DNA of 64,000 nt. Source: a virus. A model generated the notes under the pieces. That model was given only the letters and a program-made list of their open reading frames with translations, did not search any database and was not told the DNA's origin. The DNA is taken from positions 451 to 64,450 of the IMG/VR virus record IMGVR_UViG_3300012086_000038; one strand, given 5' to 3'. Position numbers and translations under genes: made by a program. Positions 54,042 through 62,731 of the stretch are shown here, in pieces. The stretch's first letter is position 1. Each line of letters begins with the position of its first letter.

Positions 54042-55397
54042 ATGAAAAACAAAGAAATTGTAAACATCGGGATTGAGTTTATACATCCACATCCAGAAAA
54101 TCCACGAAAAGAGCTTGGAGATTTAGCGGAGCTTGCAGAATCAATAAAAAAGAACGGAGTAATGCAAAACCTTACGGTTATACCGTTAGAAGGTCAACCG
54201 GGCGAATATACGGCAATCATCGGACACAGACGCCATGCAGCGGCAAAGCTAGCGGGTATTCTGGAAGTGCCATGCAGAATTGTTGAGGAAATGAGCGATA
54301 AAGAACAGATGGCAACTATGCTTGAAGAAAATATGCAGCGCAATGACCTTACAATCTACGAACAGGCACAGGGCTTTCAAATGATGCTGAACCTTGGGGA
54401 AACAGAGGAAACAATAGCCCAAAAGACAGGTTTTAGCAAGACAACTATCCGACACCGTTTGAATATCGCAAAGCTGGACCAGAAGGAGTTACAGAAAAAG
54501 GAGAAGGACGATAGTTTTCAGATGACATTGAAGGATTTGTATGAGCTGGAGAAGGTCAAAGATGTTAAGGCGAGAAATAAGATTTTGAAAGAGGCCAATA
54601 ATTCCAGAGACATTGTTAACCGAGCGCAGAGCGCAGTGGCTGAAGCAAAAAGGGCAGAAACTGCCAAAGTCATTGGTAATATGCTGAAAAACCTTGGTAT
54701 AGAGAAGGCACCGAAAGAAGCTGAGAATGAAATGTATTCCGGAAAGTGGAAAACCGTCAAAGAGTTCGAGCTTGAAAAGGATGCGCCCAAACGGATAAAG
54801 CTTCCTGAAGAGAAGGAGCAGATGTACTATCTGGTATACTATAGATCCCTTCGGGTAATTACGAAAGCATCGAAAGAAAAGAGGGAACTTTCTCCTTGGG
54901 AGCAGGAGCAGAAACAGAAAGATAAGGTAAGGAAGCAGATTAAGGCTATCCTCAAAGAGAGTTCTGCCAGAAGAAAGGAGTTTATCCAGAATATCATTTC
55001 TGGAAAGATTGATGCGGTAAAAGATGAGGCGAAGGAAGTGGATTTGATATGGCAAGCGCTGGTACCGCTTGGGGCCTGCATATATGAATCAACGCTAAGG
55101 CGGTTTTTCCTTGACAAAGATGAATATAACCATACGGACGAAGAAAGGGAGGAGGCACAAAAGAAAGCAGAGAGTCTCGGCACGCTTCATCAGATGCTGA
55201 TTATCTTGAACGCATCCATGACAGGTACCAATGAAACATTCGATTATAAATTACAATTCAATCCGGCCAAAGGAAATGCACTGATGAAAGGATACGAAGC
55301 ATTGGAACCATATGGATGGTATTTTGAGAGTGAAGATGAAAAGAAAGTGCTGGACGGTACGCAAGAGCTATATGTAAAAAAAGAGGCAGACGCATGA
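54042..55397 (+). CDS. ParB/RepB/Spo0J-family protein
   Basis: IHPHPENPRK...LAESIKKNGVMQNLTV...IIGHRRHAAA...ENMQRNDL...HTH ETIAQKTGFSKTTIRHRL. Confidence 0.9.
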   Translation: MKNKEIVNIGIEFIHPHPENPRKELGDLAELAESIKKNGVMQNLTVIPLEGQPGEYTAIIGHRRHAAAKLAGILEVPCRIVEEMSDKEQMATMLEENMQRNDLTIYEQAQGFQMMLNLGETEETIAQKTGFSKTTIRHRLNIAKLDQKELQKKEKDDSFQMTLKDLYELEKVKDVKARNKILKEANNSRDIVNRAQSAVAEAKRAETAKVIGNMLKNLGIEKAPKEAENEMYSGKWKTVKEFELEKDAPKRIKLPEEKEQMYYLVYYRSLRVITKASKEKRELSPWEQEQKQKDKVRKQIKAILKESSARRKEFIQNIISGKIDAVKDEAKEVDLIWQALVPLGACIYESTLRRFFLDKDEYNHTDEEREEAQKKAESLGTLHQMLIILNASMTGTNETFDYKLQFNPAKGNALMKGYEALEPYGWYFESEDEKKVLDGTQELYVKKEADA

Positions 55398-55428
55398 GGA
55401 TAAATGAAAAAATATGGGGGAGGTAAAA

Positions 55429-55962
55429 ATGAAAAATATGGAATTAAGTACAGATGATGGCGGCAAGAATATGTCAGAAATACTGAAGGATGCTCTGATG
55501 TCAAAGAATATATCTCAGCGGAAATTTGCAAAGATGATGGGCTGGACACCGCAGAATTTCGGGCAGAGGCTGAAGAAAGGTTCGTTCACGGCAGAAGAGT
55601 GGAACCGGATGATGAATACGCTGGGCTATGAGGTTAAGTTGATAGAGCTGGAAAGCGGAGTTGAGTTTGAATCCCGGAAGATAGGACATGGCAGAAGGCT
55701 GAGACAGGTGAGGAATGGCATAGTGTATGATACCTACAAGGCAGACGCTCTTTGCAGTGATTTTTACAGTGATGGTGAAAATGAGTATACTGACGGAATG
55801 GCTTTTGAACTGTATGTAGATTCATTCAGGAGGTTCTTTGTAGCGAGATATGTTGAATGGGATAATGGAACAGACAGTATCTCTCCCATAACCAAAGAAG
55901 AAGCAAAGAAATTATTTCAAAAGTATGGCGATAATTTGGCTATTGACACTTACTTTATTTAG
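55429..55962 (+). CDS. HTH protein with C-terminal domain of unknown function
   Basis: ISQRKFAKMMGWTPQNFGQRL; YDTYKA...ELY. Confidence 0.7.
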   Translation: MKNMELSTDDGGKNMSEILKDALMSKNISQRKFAKMMGWTPQNFGQRLKKGSFTAEEWNRMMNTLGYEVKLIELESGVEFESRKIGHGRRLRQVRNGIVYDTYKADALCSDFYSDGENEYTDGMAFELYVDSFRRFFVARYVEWDNGTDSISPITKEEAKKLFQKYGDNLAIDTYFI

Positions 55963-55975
55963 TTTTGCTCTTAAC

Positions 55976-56053
55976 TTACCAATCGGTAACTTGCGGATAA
56001 AATAATATAATTTCGTCAACCTCAATTGCAATTACCAGTCGGTAAGCTAGAAT
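55976..56053 (+). promoter_or_regulatory. Two operators (55976-55989, 56032-56045) and promoter TTGCAA-16-TAGAAT
   Basis: Perfect TTACC-N4-GGTAA twice; precedes the BRO-N operon. Confidence 0.75.
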
Positions 56054-56098
56054 GATGATGTAACAAAAACAACCACTTATGACGGGCATCAAAAGTGG

Positions 56099-56404
56099 TT
56101 GCAAAACGAGCTTGAAGCTACGGTTTTAGTAATAGCAACATTATTATACCATGGCCGAAGCTCCGAATCAAGACACGAAGGAGTGGTAAGTATGCGAGAA
56201 TTAGAAAGTTGCATCATCAAAATGAATGAAGTGGCAGCACTAATCCGGATGATTGACGATACGTTTGTTTGTGGGCATATCGGGATAGCTGACGGTGAAG
56301 ACGGAGTGCATTTGGAACTTGCAATGAACCTGTTGAAAGAAGAGTTTAGCATGAAGTATGAGAAGCTCAGGTCAGTATTTTACGGAGGTGTATGCCATGA
56401 ATAG
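56099..56404 (+). CDS. Hypothetical protein
   Basis: TTG start; overlaps BRO-N gene. Confidence 0.5.
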   Translation: MQNELEATVLVIATLLYHGRSSESRHEGVVSMRELESCIIKMNEVAALIRMIDDTFVCGHIGIADGEDGVHLELAMNLLKEEFSMKYEKLRSVFYGGVCHE

Positions 56405-56978
56405 GTATGTGTTTGAAGGGAAGAATTTTGAGAATTGTGTGGTGTTTACGGATGACAGGTTTGGCGAAATTCGGGTAATGGTAGAGCCGGAGGGAGAAAA
56501 CATCTATGTCGGGATTGACATTGCATCCTGCATGGGCTATGCAGCTCCCGGAAAAGCAATAGCACGGTCTGGGATTAACAGCAAAATAAGAATGGTTCCA
56601 TGGGTGTTCAAAAAGAAGCAGGGTATGGCTAATACCCATTGTTTCTCCGAGGAAGAAGCAAGGCGGTTCATTGACCGTGGTCAGGAATTGCCGGAAGGAT
56701 TCAGGGATTGGTTTTTCCAGGAGGTGGTTCCACAAGCAAGAAACCTAAAAGTTGAAAATGTAGCACAGGAAGATGAAGCAAAACCGGATAAAGGCATGGA
56801 AGCAGATGGTGATATGATTGAGTGGGAATCGTTCAGAGCGTTCACTGGGGAACTCGCAGATACAGAGCCATCAGAGGTTAATATGAAAGAAGTGCTACGA
56901 AAATTTGATGAAATCGTGTTAGAGATGCTTATGCTGAAAAAGGATTTAGTTGAAAAGATGAATATGCTTAACAAGTGA
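56397..56978 (+). CDS. BRO-N domain antirepressor-like protein
   Basis: RFGEIRVM......YVGIDIASCMGYA.P.KAI...F.DWFFQEVVP. Confidence 0.8.
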   Translation: MNRYVFEGKNFENCVVFTDDRFGEIRVMVEPEGENIYVGIDIASCMGYAAPGKAIARSGINSKIRMVPWVFKKKQGMANTHCFSEEEARRFIDRGQELPEGFRDWFFQEVVPQARNLKVENVAQEDEAKPDKGMEADGDMIEWESFRAFTGELADTEPSEVNMKEVLRKFDEIVLEMLMLKKDLVEKMNMLNK

Positions 56979-56979
56979 T

Positions 56980-57010
56980 GCCGGAGGAAACAAGTCTCCG
57001 GCTTGCTTTT
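56980..57010 (+). terminator. Rho-independent terminator
   Basis: GCCGGAG...CTCCGGC-TTGCTTTT. Confidence 0.75.
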
Positions 57011-57062
57011 ATCAACTACAGAATTTATTGTTAAAAACTTTCAAATAATATAAACTTTATGA

Positions 57063-57122
57063 TTGACAATTACCGAACGGTAAGATAAGATGATTGCAAG
57101 ATAAAAAGTTACCAAACGGTAA
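57063..57122 (+). promoter_or_regulatory. Promoter TTGACA-17-TAAGAT with operators at 57070-57083 and 57109-57122
   Basis: Near-copy of 48353-48411. Confidence 0.85.
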
Positions 57123-57146
57123 GATAACAGAGCAGGAGGAAAAAAG

Positions 57147-57710
57147 ATGAAAGCCAATAGCATTCAGGAAGCATGGAATAAAGTAAACGAAATTTTCCCG
57201 ACCGATTATGAAAAAGATTATGCTTCAAGCGAAAGAGCAGGATATGACATTTACAGGCACCCAACACTTAATTATTATAGCCGCATTTGTGATTTAGGAA
57301 ATAGGCTTGAAGTTCTTACCGGCGAATATGGCGAAACAGTAACCAACGTTTGGATTGAGAATCAGACGGAGCAGGAAGATATCAAAGAAAGCGTAGATGC
57401 AATGCACGCCGTAAAGGAGTTGGGCGTAAATATATTTCCACTGTTCGAGATGGAAACCTACACCAAGATTACACTGGTAGTTGACGGCAGCAAGTGGAAT
57501 ACAAACGAAACAGAGAGGAAGGTCTACAATGGTTTAAAGAGAGGCGAGAACCAGTTAGCAAGTGACCTGGTGGCAAGCTACTGTGATAATCATGGAATTA
57601 GATGGGGCACAATTGGGGGATTGCACATTAGCTATTACGAACACGGCAATAAGGGAGAAAACGGCGGTCACTTTATAATCACTGCATACATCGGGAAGCG
57701 AGTTGATTGA
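57147..57710 (+). CDS. Hypothetical protein
   Basis: AGGAGG RBS; two-domain appearance. Confidence 0.7.
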   Translation: MKANSIQEAWNKVNEIFPTDYEKDYASSERAGYDIYRHPTLNYYSRICDLGNRLEVLTGEYGETVTNVWIENQTEQEDIKESVDAMHAVKELGVNIFPLFEMETYTKITLVVDGSKWNTNETERKVYNGLKRGENQLASDLVASYCDNHGIRWGTIGGLHISYYEHGNKGENGGHFIITAYIGKRVD

Positions 57711-58001
57711 ATGGGTAAGTATGAAGAAGTAGATATCACGAATTTGCGAATTATGTGCGAGGGATATGATGATGGCGAGGGACTGCAAATTTACAATAAG
57801 TGTTCAAGGGCAGAAGCAGAAAAGCGCATGAATATAAGAATTACCTTCCTGCAAAAAGATTTTCTGGGTTATAAACTTGAAAATTTAGAGTTTCTTACAG
57901 ATAGCGAGATAAAGACTCTTCAGAAAGTTCTTGGGTATTCAGATGCTTGGATAAATCAGATTAGAGAGAATGGATATATTGATTTCACAGAGGGGAGGTG
58001 A
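57711..58001 (+). CDS. Hypothetical protein
   Basis: Operon position. Confidence 0.6.
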   Translation: MGKYEEVDITNLRIMCEGYDDGEGLQIYNKCSRAEAEKRMNIRITFLQKDFLGYKLENLEFLTDSEIKTLQKVLGYSDAWINQIRENGYIDFTEGR

Positions 58002-58006
58002 GAAGC

Positions 58007-58177
58007 ATGGGTTATAGAGGGAATCAGCGATTGAATGAAGACATTGAAAGATACATTGATACATGGCGTGGAACGGCAATTGGTCAGTCCGTTAAGAACA
58101 TGTATGAAAATGATTTAGATTATGAAAGCATCTGTGAGGTAATGCAGATTGATTATGAAGAATATGAGGAGGGATGA
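58007..58177 (+). CDS. Hypothetical 56-aa acidic protein
   Basis: Not in track; GGAGGTG RBS; ATGA overlap with next gene. Confidence 0.6.
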   Translation: MGYRGNQRLNEDIERYIDTWRGTAIGQSVKNMYENDLDYESICEVMQIDYEEYEEG

Positions 58178-58698
58178 AGATGCCAACACTACATTACATG
58201 TTGAATTGTTTTGGAAAGGATTGCGGAGAATGCAAGAATCCTTGTGAAGATGAAATATATCTTCCATGTTCGCCTAGTTGCGTGTTGTTAGGTGCAGATA
58301 GAAGCAGAGATATCAAGAAATGTCTGGAAGCCAGATGTGATGCCTATGAGCCGGGTGAGGAAATGATTGCAGTAACCATAGAAGTGACACAGCAGGAATA
58401 CATAGACCTGTTACAGAAACTGAAAGCAATGGGAGTAACGGCAGAAGAGGCATTACAAGCATTTGCCAGCAGTTTCGGCGGTAAGCAAGAGAAAATGTTA
58501 TATAAAGTACCATGTAGGTTTTGCGGTAAAGAAAAGGTTATTGAAATGACGTATGACCAGTATGATAGGCTTGGAAAGTTCAATAACGGAGAAGGGCAGA
58601 TTCAGGATTTGCTTCCTGATTTGCCGAAAGAAATCCGGGAAATGTTCATTAGTGGCATGTGTCCGGAATGCTGGAAAAAATTATTTTGTAGAAAGTGA
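58174..58698 (+). CDS. Cys-rich hypothetical protein
   Basis: Multiple CxxC; C-terminal IQD..PDL....REMFISGMCPECW. Confidence 0.7.
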   Translation: MKMPTLHYMLNCFGKDCGECKNPCEDEIYLPCSPSCVLLGADRSRDIKKCLEARCDAYEPGEEMIAVTIEVTQQEYIDLLQKLKAMGVTAEEALQAFASSFGGKQEKMLYKVPCRFCGKEKVIEMTYDQYDRLGKFNNGEGQIQDLLPDLPKEIREMFISGMCPECWKKLFCRK

Positions 58699-58708
58699 GG
58701 AAGAAAGG

Positions 58709-58900
58709 ATGTTTAAATTGGAAATCAAGACCGGAGGAGCTGCATTCATGGAACCGTCAACAGGCGAAGAAGATGAATATTATGAGGCGGCAGAAATCAA
58801 TCGTTTACTTCGGATTGTGGGAGTGGATTTGAGAAATGGTTGCACATCTGGAACGTTGCTTGATGTAAATGGAAACAAAGTTGGCTCATGGAGCAGATAG
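58709..58900 (+). CDS. Hypothetical protein
   Basis: FKLEIKTGGAAF...LLDVNGNKVGSW. Confidence 0.65.
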   Translation: MFKLEIKTGGAAFMEPSTGEEDEYYEAAEINRLLRIVGVDLRNGCTSGTLLDVNGNKVGSWSR

Positions 58901-58910
58901 GAAGGAAAAT

Positions 58911-59264
58911 ATGAATTTTAATGAAGCACTCAATATCCCAGACGAAATCAAAAATACGAATGAGGGATTTAAACAGAAGTACAGGATGATTATTAATGCA
59001 CTTGGCTATGAAGACGTGAAGCAGTGTATTCCATTTAGCATTGATGAATTGAAGAAGGCATACGAGAGTGATGTGCATTTTAATAATCTGCCACTAAGAA
59101 AATGGGATTCTGCGGCTGGATATATTGGTGGTCCTGCACGGTGTATCCGAGAGGGTAGCAGATTGACAAGACTTTATTGGGAGCGGTGCAAGGTAAACAC
59201 ATACTCGTGCAGTGATGGTGTATGTATACTGAAGGAGTGCGCAAGAATGTGGGTAGAAGAGTAA
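58911..59264 (+). CDS. Hypothetical protein
   Basis: AGGAAGG RBS. Confidence 0.65.
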   Translation: MNFNEALNIPDEIKNTNEGFKQKYRMIINALGYEDVKQCIPFSIDELKKAYESDVHFNNLPLRKWDSAAGYIGGPARCIREGSRLTRLYWERCKVNTYSCSDGVCILKECARMWVEE

Positions 59265-59374
59265 AAATGCCAGTAAGGCGTTAGAGCATAAATATGAGTT
59301 AATAAAAACAGCTTGAAATAATGTTTGAAGCAAAGGGAATGTAAATAAATTTAACGCAGAAAGGAGCAACCTGT

Positions 59375-59509
59375 ATGTTTGACATAATTTTCGATAGATT
59401 GAAAAACAAAATAGTGACAGATATGGACGCAGTTGACATGATAGTTGGAGCATACATAAGAAACGAAATAGATGAGGAAGAAAAGGAAATGCTTTTAGAT
59501 TTTGTATAA
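59375..59509 (+). CDS. Hypothetical 44-aa protein
   Basis: Not in track; AAAGGAG RBS. Confidence 0.5.
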   Translation: MFDIIFDRLKNKIVTDMDAVDMIVGAYIRNEIDEEEKEMLLDFV

Positions 59510-59531
59510 TCAAAAGTTAGGAGTGAAGCAT

Positions 59532-59705
59532 ATGACGAAAGCAGATATAAAAATTCAATTGTTGATTTTAAAACAACAATGTGATGGAAAAAGAAGAAAT
59601 GCATTAAGAGCAACGGATGATATTGGCGATTTTGAACATGGAAAAGCTGTTGCATATGAGGATATTGTTAACAGGTTAGATAATTTTATTGATAAACTAA
59701 CTTAA
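59532..59705 (+). CDS. Hypothetical protein
   Basis: AGGAG RBS. Confidence 0.55.
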   Translation: MTKADIKIQLLILKQQCDGKRRNALRATDDIGDFEHGKAVAYEDIVNRLDNFIDKLT

Positions 59706-59724
59706 AATTTAACGGAGGTGGGAT

Positions 59725-59907
59725 ATGGATTTTAATTTCTTAGGTGTAGCATTTGTAGATGATGGTTTGCCAAAAGAAACCACCAGAATAGTAGAAGATA
59801 AGATGGAGGAATTACATGAGAAAGTAAGGGAAGAGTTTGGTTCTTGGCTTTCCCAAAATGGATTGGAACAGGTTATGGGTATTGTAATTGAAAAAAGTAG
59901 AAATTAA
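59725..59907 (+). CDS. Hypothetical protein
   Basis: GGAGGT RBS. Confidence 0.6.
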   Translation: MDFNFLGVAFVDDGLPKETTRIVEDKMEELHEKVREEFGSWLSQNGLEQVMGIVIEKSRN

Positions 59908-59931
59908 AAAATTATTTGGAGGCAAAAATTT

Positions 59932-60891
59932 ATGATGAATTATAAAATATTCAAAGAAATGGTAAAAGAAAGATTTCTGGCCTACATGCTGCCGGAATAT
60001 GCGAACTGCAGTATTGGCATACAGCAGGTAACAAAAGTGAATAAGACAGTGGACTGCATCAATCTGATTCAAAAGTATAACACTGGAAATGCCGGATATT
60101 CAGCATCCCCAAACATATACATTGATACCATGTATGAGCATTACAAGGAATGTGGGGACTTACATGAAGTATTACGGACTGCCGCGGATGCGATGGTTCA
60201 TGGCCTTGAGGGAATGATGCAGATTGTACAAAAATTTGACTTTGATACCGCAAAGGACAATATCATCTTTCAGTTAGTAAATACAAAACAGAATAAAGAA
60301 ATGTTATGCGGAGTTCCACACCGTACATTTCAGGATTTATCAATCATTTATCGCTGGATAATAGAGCAGGATTCCAGAGGAAATGCAAGTACGATTGTGC
60401 ACAATGGACTTGCTGAAAAGTTGAATGTTGATGAAGAATCTCTTTTTGCAGCGGCAGAAGTGAATACTGAAAAAATATTACCACCCGTAGTTAAAAAAGT
60501 GAATGAAATAATGCATGAATTGTATGTTGAGCAAGGTTTGCCAGAAGAAGTCATTTCTATGTTTGTAGAGGAAATGCCTGAGGACATGTGCATGTATGTG
60601 ATTAGCAACGATATGAATTACTATGGTGCTGCATCTATGCTGAATGAAAATATTCTGCATAAACTGGCTGAAAAACTACAAAGCGACCTTTATATTATGC
60701 CATCTTCAATCCATGAGGTTATTGCAATTTCTACAAATGCTGGTACTCCAAATACGCTGGCTCAGATGGTCACAGAAATCAACATGAATGAAGTAAGTCT
60801 GGAAGAAAGGTTGTCAAATCAGGTTTACCATTATGATAAAGACTTGAGAACAATTTCTCAAGCAACAGACGGGACAAGCGACTTGGCATAA
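59932..60891 (+). CDS. DUF5688-like protein
   Basis: SPNIYI..MY; NIIFQLVN...PH..F.DLSIIY; MYVISN..NYYGAASML; LYIMPSSIHEVI; LSNQVYHYD. Confidence 0.75.
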   Translation: MMNYKIFKEMVKERFLAYMLPEYANCSIGIQQVTKVNKTVDCINLIQKYNTGNAGYSASPNIYIDTMYEHYKECGDLHEVLRTAADAMVHGLEGMMQIVQKFDFDTAKDNIIFQLVNTKQNKEMLCGVPHRTFQDLSIIYRWIIEQDSRGNASTIVHNGLAEKLNVDEESLFAAAEVNTEKILPPVVKKVNEIMHELYVEQGLPEEVISMFVEEMPEDMCMYVISNDMNYYGAASMLNENILHKLAEKLQSDLYIMPSSIHEVIAISTNAGTPNTLAQMVTEINMNEVSLEERLSNQVYHYDKDLRTISQATDGTSDLA

Positions 60892-60929
60892 ATGTGGCCA
60901 CACTTTGGCTTGAATGGAGAACAAGGCGA

Positions 60930-60958
60930 ATTAGCCTCAAAACGGGCTGATTTTTATT
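60930..60958 (+). terminator. Rho-independent terminator
   Basis: ATTAGCCT...GGGCTGAT-TTTTATTT. Confidence 0.65.
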
Positions 60959-60970
60959 TAACCCATATAA

Positions 60971-60984
60971 TTACCGATTGGTAA
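60971..60984. promoter_or_regulatory. Operator TTACC-GATT-GGTAA
   Basis: Perfect palindrome match in intergenic DNA before the last operon. Confidence 0.7.
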
Positions 60985-61050
60985 GTAAAAATCTAACCAG
61001 AGGGCAATCAGAAAGCCTTCTGGCTAGATACAGACAAAGAATAAGGAGGA

Positions 61051-61257
61051 ATGTTTATGGTTGTTAAGTTTCAAAGAGAATTGCTCGGTGGCGGTAAAGT
61101 TTTGGTATATGACAAAAAAGAAACCATCTATCAGGAATTGCCAATGACAGGCGAAATCAAGAAACTGTTTAGCGGCAAATTGAAGATGTACCGTAAGTGC
61201 AGTTTGGACGAAAAAGGGATGTTACATATCGGAAAAGAAGTGAGAGCAAATTTCTAG
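61051..61257 (+). CDS. Hypothetical protein
   Basis: AAGGAGG RBS. Confidence 0.7.
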   Translation: MFMVVKFQRELLGGGKVLVYDKKETIYQELPMTGEIKKLFSGKLKMYRKCSLDEKGMLHIGKEVRANF

Positions 61258-61263
61258 GAGGAT

Positions 61264-61815
61264 TTGAAAATGGTTGATAAAGTATCAAGAGGTGAAATCT
61301 ATTACGTGTATCCGGAAGAAGTAACTGGAAGCGAGCAAAGTGGTGGCAGACCTGCTGTCATTGTAAGCAATGATATAGGGAATGTACATTCTCCGATTGT
61401 GGAAGTAGCCTACTTAACAACGCAGGAAAAGAGAAATCTGCCCACACATATCAGAGTAGCTTCATCGTCAAAACCATCAATAGTTTTATGCGAACAGATT
61501 GATACCGTGCATAAAGGAAGGGTAGGAGATTATATAGGCCAGCTATTTGATGCTGAATTGAAAGCATTGGATAAAGCACTGGCTATCAGCTTGGGAATTG
61601 GACTGACAATTAATACGAATAAGTTAGTTAAGCAATGGGGAGCAGCCTACGGAGTGGAACCTGACAGAACTATGTCTGATGCTCTTGCAAAGATTGATGT
61701 TTCGGGACTTCCTGAAGACGTAGAGGAAAAAGATACCATCGCCGAACCGACACCTGCAAAAAGCGTGGATATGACTGAAATGCTTGTGAAATACAGGTCA
61801 GAAAGGGATGTATGA
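61264..61815 (+). CDS. PemK/MazF-family protein with C-terminal extension
   Basis: RGEIYYV....GSEQ.GGRPAVIVSND.GN...V.VAYLTT...LPTH...IVLCEQI.TV.K.R. Confidence 0.88.
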   Translation: MKMVDKVSRGEIYYVYPEEVTGSEQSGGRPAVIVSNDIGNVHSPIVEVAYLTTQEKRNLPTHIRVASSSKPSIVLCEQIDTVHKGRVGDYIGQLFDAELKALDKALAISLGIGLTINTNKLVKQWGAAYGVEPDRTMSDALAKIDVSGLPEDVEEKDTIAEPTPAKSVDMTEMLVKYRSERDV

Positions 61816-61851
61816 AAAGCATCCAAGAAAGAATTGCGTAGGAGAATAATC

Positions 61852-62013
61852 ATGATATATAGTGTGAGAATTATATTAGATACCATCGAAGTAGAGGCAG
61901 AAAATGAAGAAGAAGCGAATGCAATTGCTGAAGACGTTTATAACGGAGATGCAAGGACACATCTTGACTATGGGCTTGCTATTGTAGATTTTGAAACAGA
62001 ATGTATAGAATAA
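61852..62013 (+). CDS. Hypothetical 53-aa protein
   Basis: Not in track; AGGAG RBS; VEAENEEEA motif. Confidence 0.6.
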   Translation: MIYSVRIILDTIEVEAENEEEANAIAEDVYNGDARTHLDYGLAIVDFETECIE

Positions 62014-62028
62014 GTGGAGGTAATAGAA

Positions 62029-62487
62029 ATGATTGAAATGAAGTTCAGAGTATTTGACAGAATCCATAAATGTATGCACATTGTAGGAACAGACCAACAC
62101 GATACATTCCATATTTGGGATGATAATCAGGTAACTTATTATAATTACCAGACTGGTGAGCCAAGTCTGCTTCAGGAAGAAGAATTGCCGGAAGACGGCA
62201 GCGGATATATACTGATGCGATATTCTGGAAAACATGATATATCAGGTCAAGAGGTATACGAAGGGGATATTATCGAAAGCCATTTGGGAGGCCAAGTCCT
62301 TGCTGGAAATATGGTAATCAAGTATGGAGTATATCAGGCATACTGTCCTGCAGATAAGTGCAATATGGACAGCGTGGGATTCTATGCAGAAACGCAAGGA
62401 TATCCGGATATGCCTATTGGTCCCTTAGAAGATTATGCAAAAGTAATCGGTAATATTTATGAAAATCCAAAATTGATTGGCAGCTAA
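62029..62487 (+). CDS. YopX-family protein
   Basis: MKFRVFD...LMRYSG..D..GQEVYEGDII...KVIGNIYENPKL. Confidence 0.88.
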   Translation: MIEMKFRVFDRIHKCMHIVGTDQHDTFHIWDDNQVTYYNYQTGEPSLLQEEELPEDGSGYILMRYSGKHDISGQEVYEGDIIESHLGGQVLAGNMVIKYGVYQAYCPADKCNMDSVGFYAETQGYPDMPIGPLEDYAKVIGNIYENPKLIGS

Positions 62488-62513
62488 CTTAAGATTTAGG
62501 AAAGGATATTATT

Positions 62514-62654
62514 ATGTGTAATTGTATACATTGCAGGATTGCGGAATTAGAAGCAATTCTCCTAAATTGCTCGGAAGAACATTCAGAAGACGAAATAAAG
62601 GAATTTGAAAGTGAGTTATCAGAATTATATAAAACCGAAAAGTTAAACAATTAG
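62514..62654 (+). CDS. Hypothetical 46-aa protein
   Basis: Not in track; AAAGGA RBS; CNCIHC. Confidence 0.45.
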   Translation: MCNCIHCRIAELEAILLNCSEEHSEDEIKEFESELSELYKTEKLNN

Positions 62655-62731
62655 GATTTAAATGAATAAGCGGAAAGGAGTAATGTGGTTTGCTGGCCAG
62701 CGGAAAGACGTCTTTACTCTAAGTACATGAA

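Noticed and set aside
54042-55397. Canonical parS site for the ParB
   Set aside because: No TGTTTCACGTGAAACA-like palindrome noticed by eye; a full scan was not possible
59299-59655. Minus-strand 118-aa ORF and the many other antisense ORFs in the track
   Set aside because: Shadow frames of purine-rich plus-strand genes (F/S/L/I-rich), without RBS
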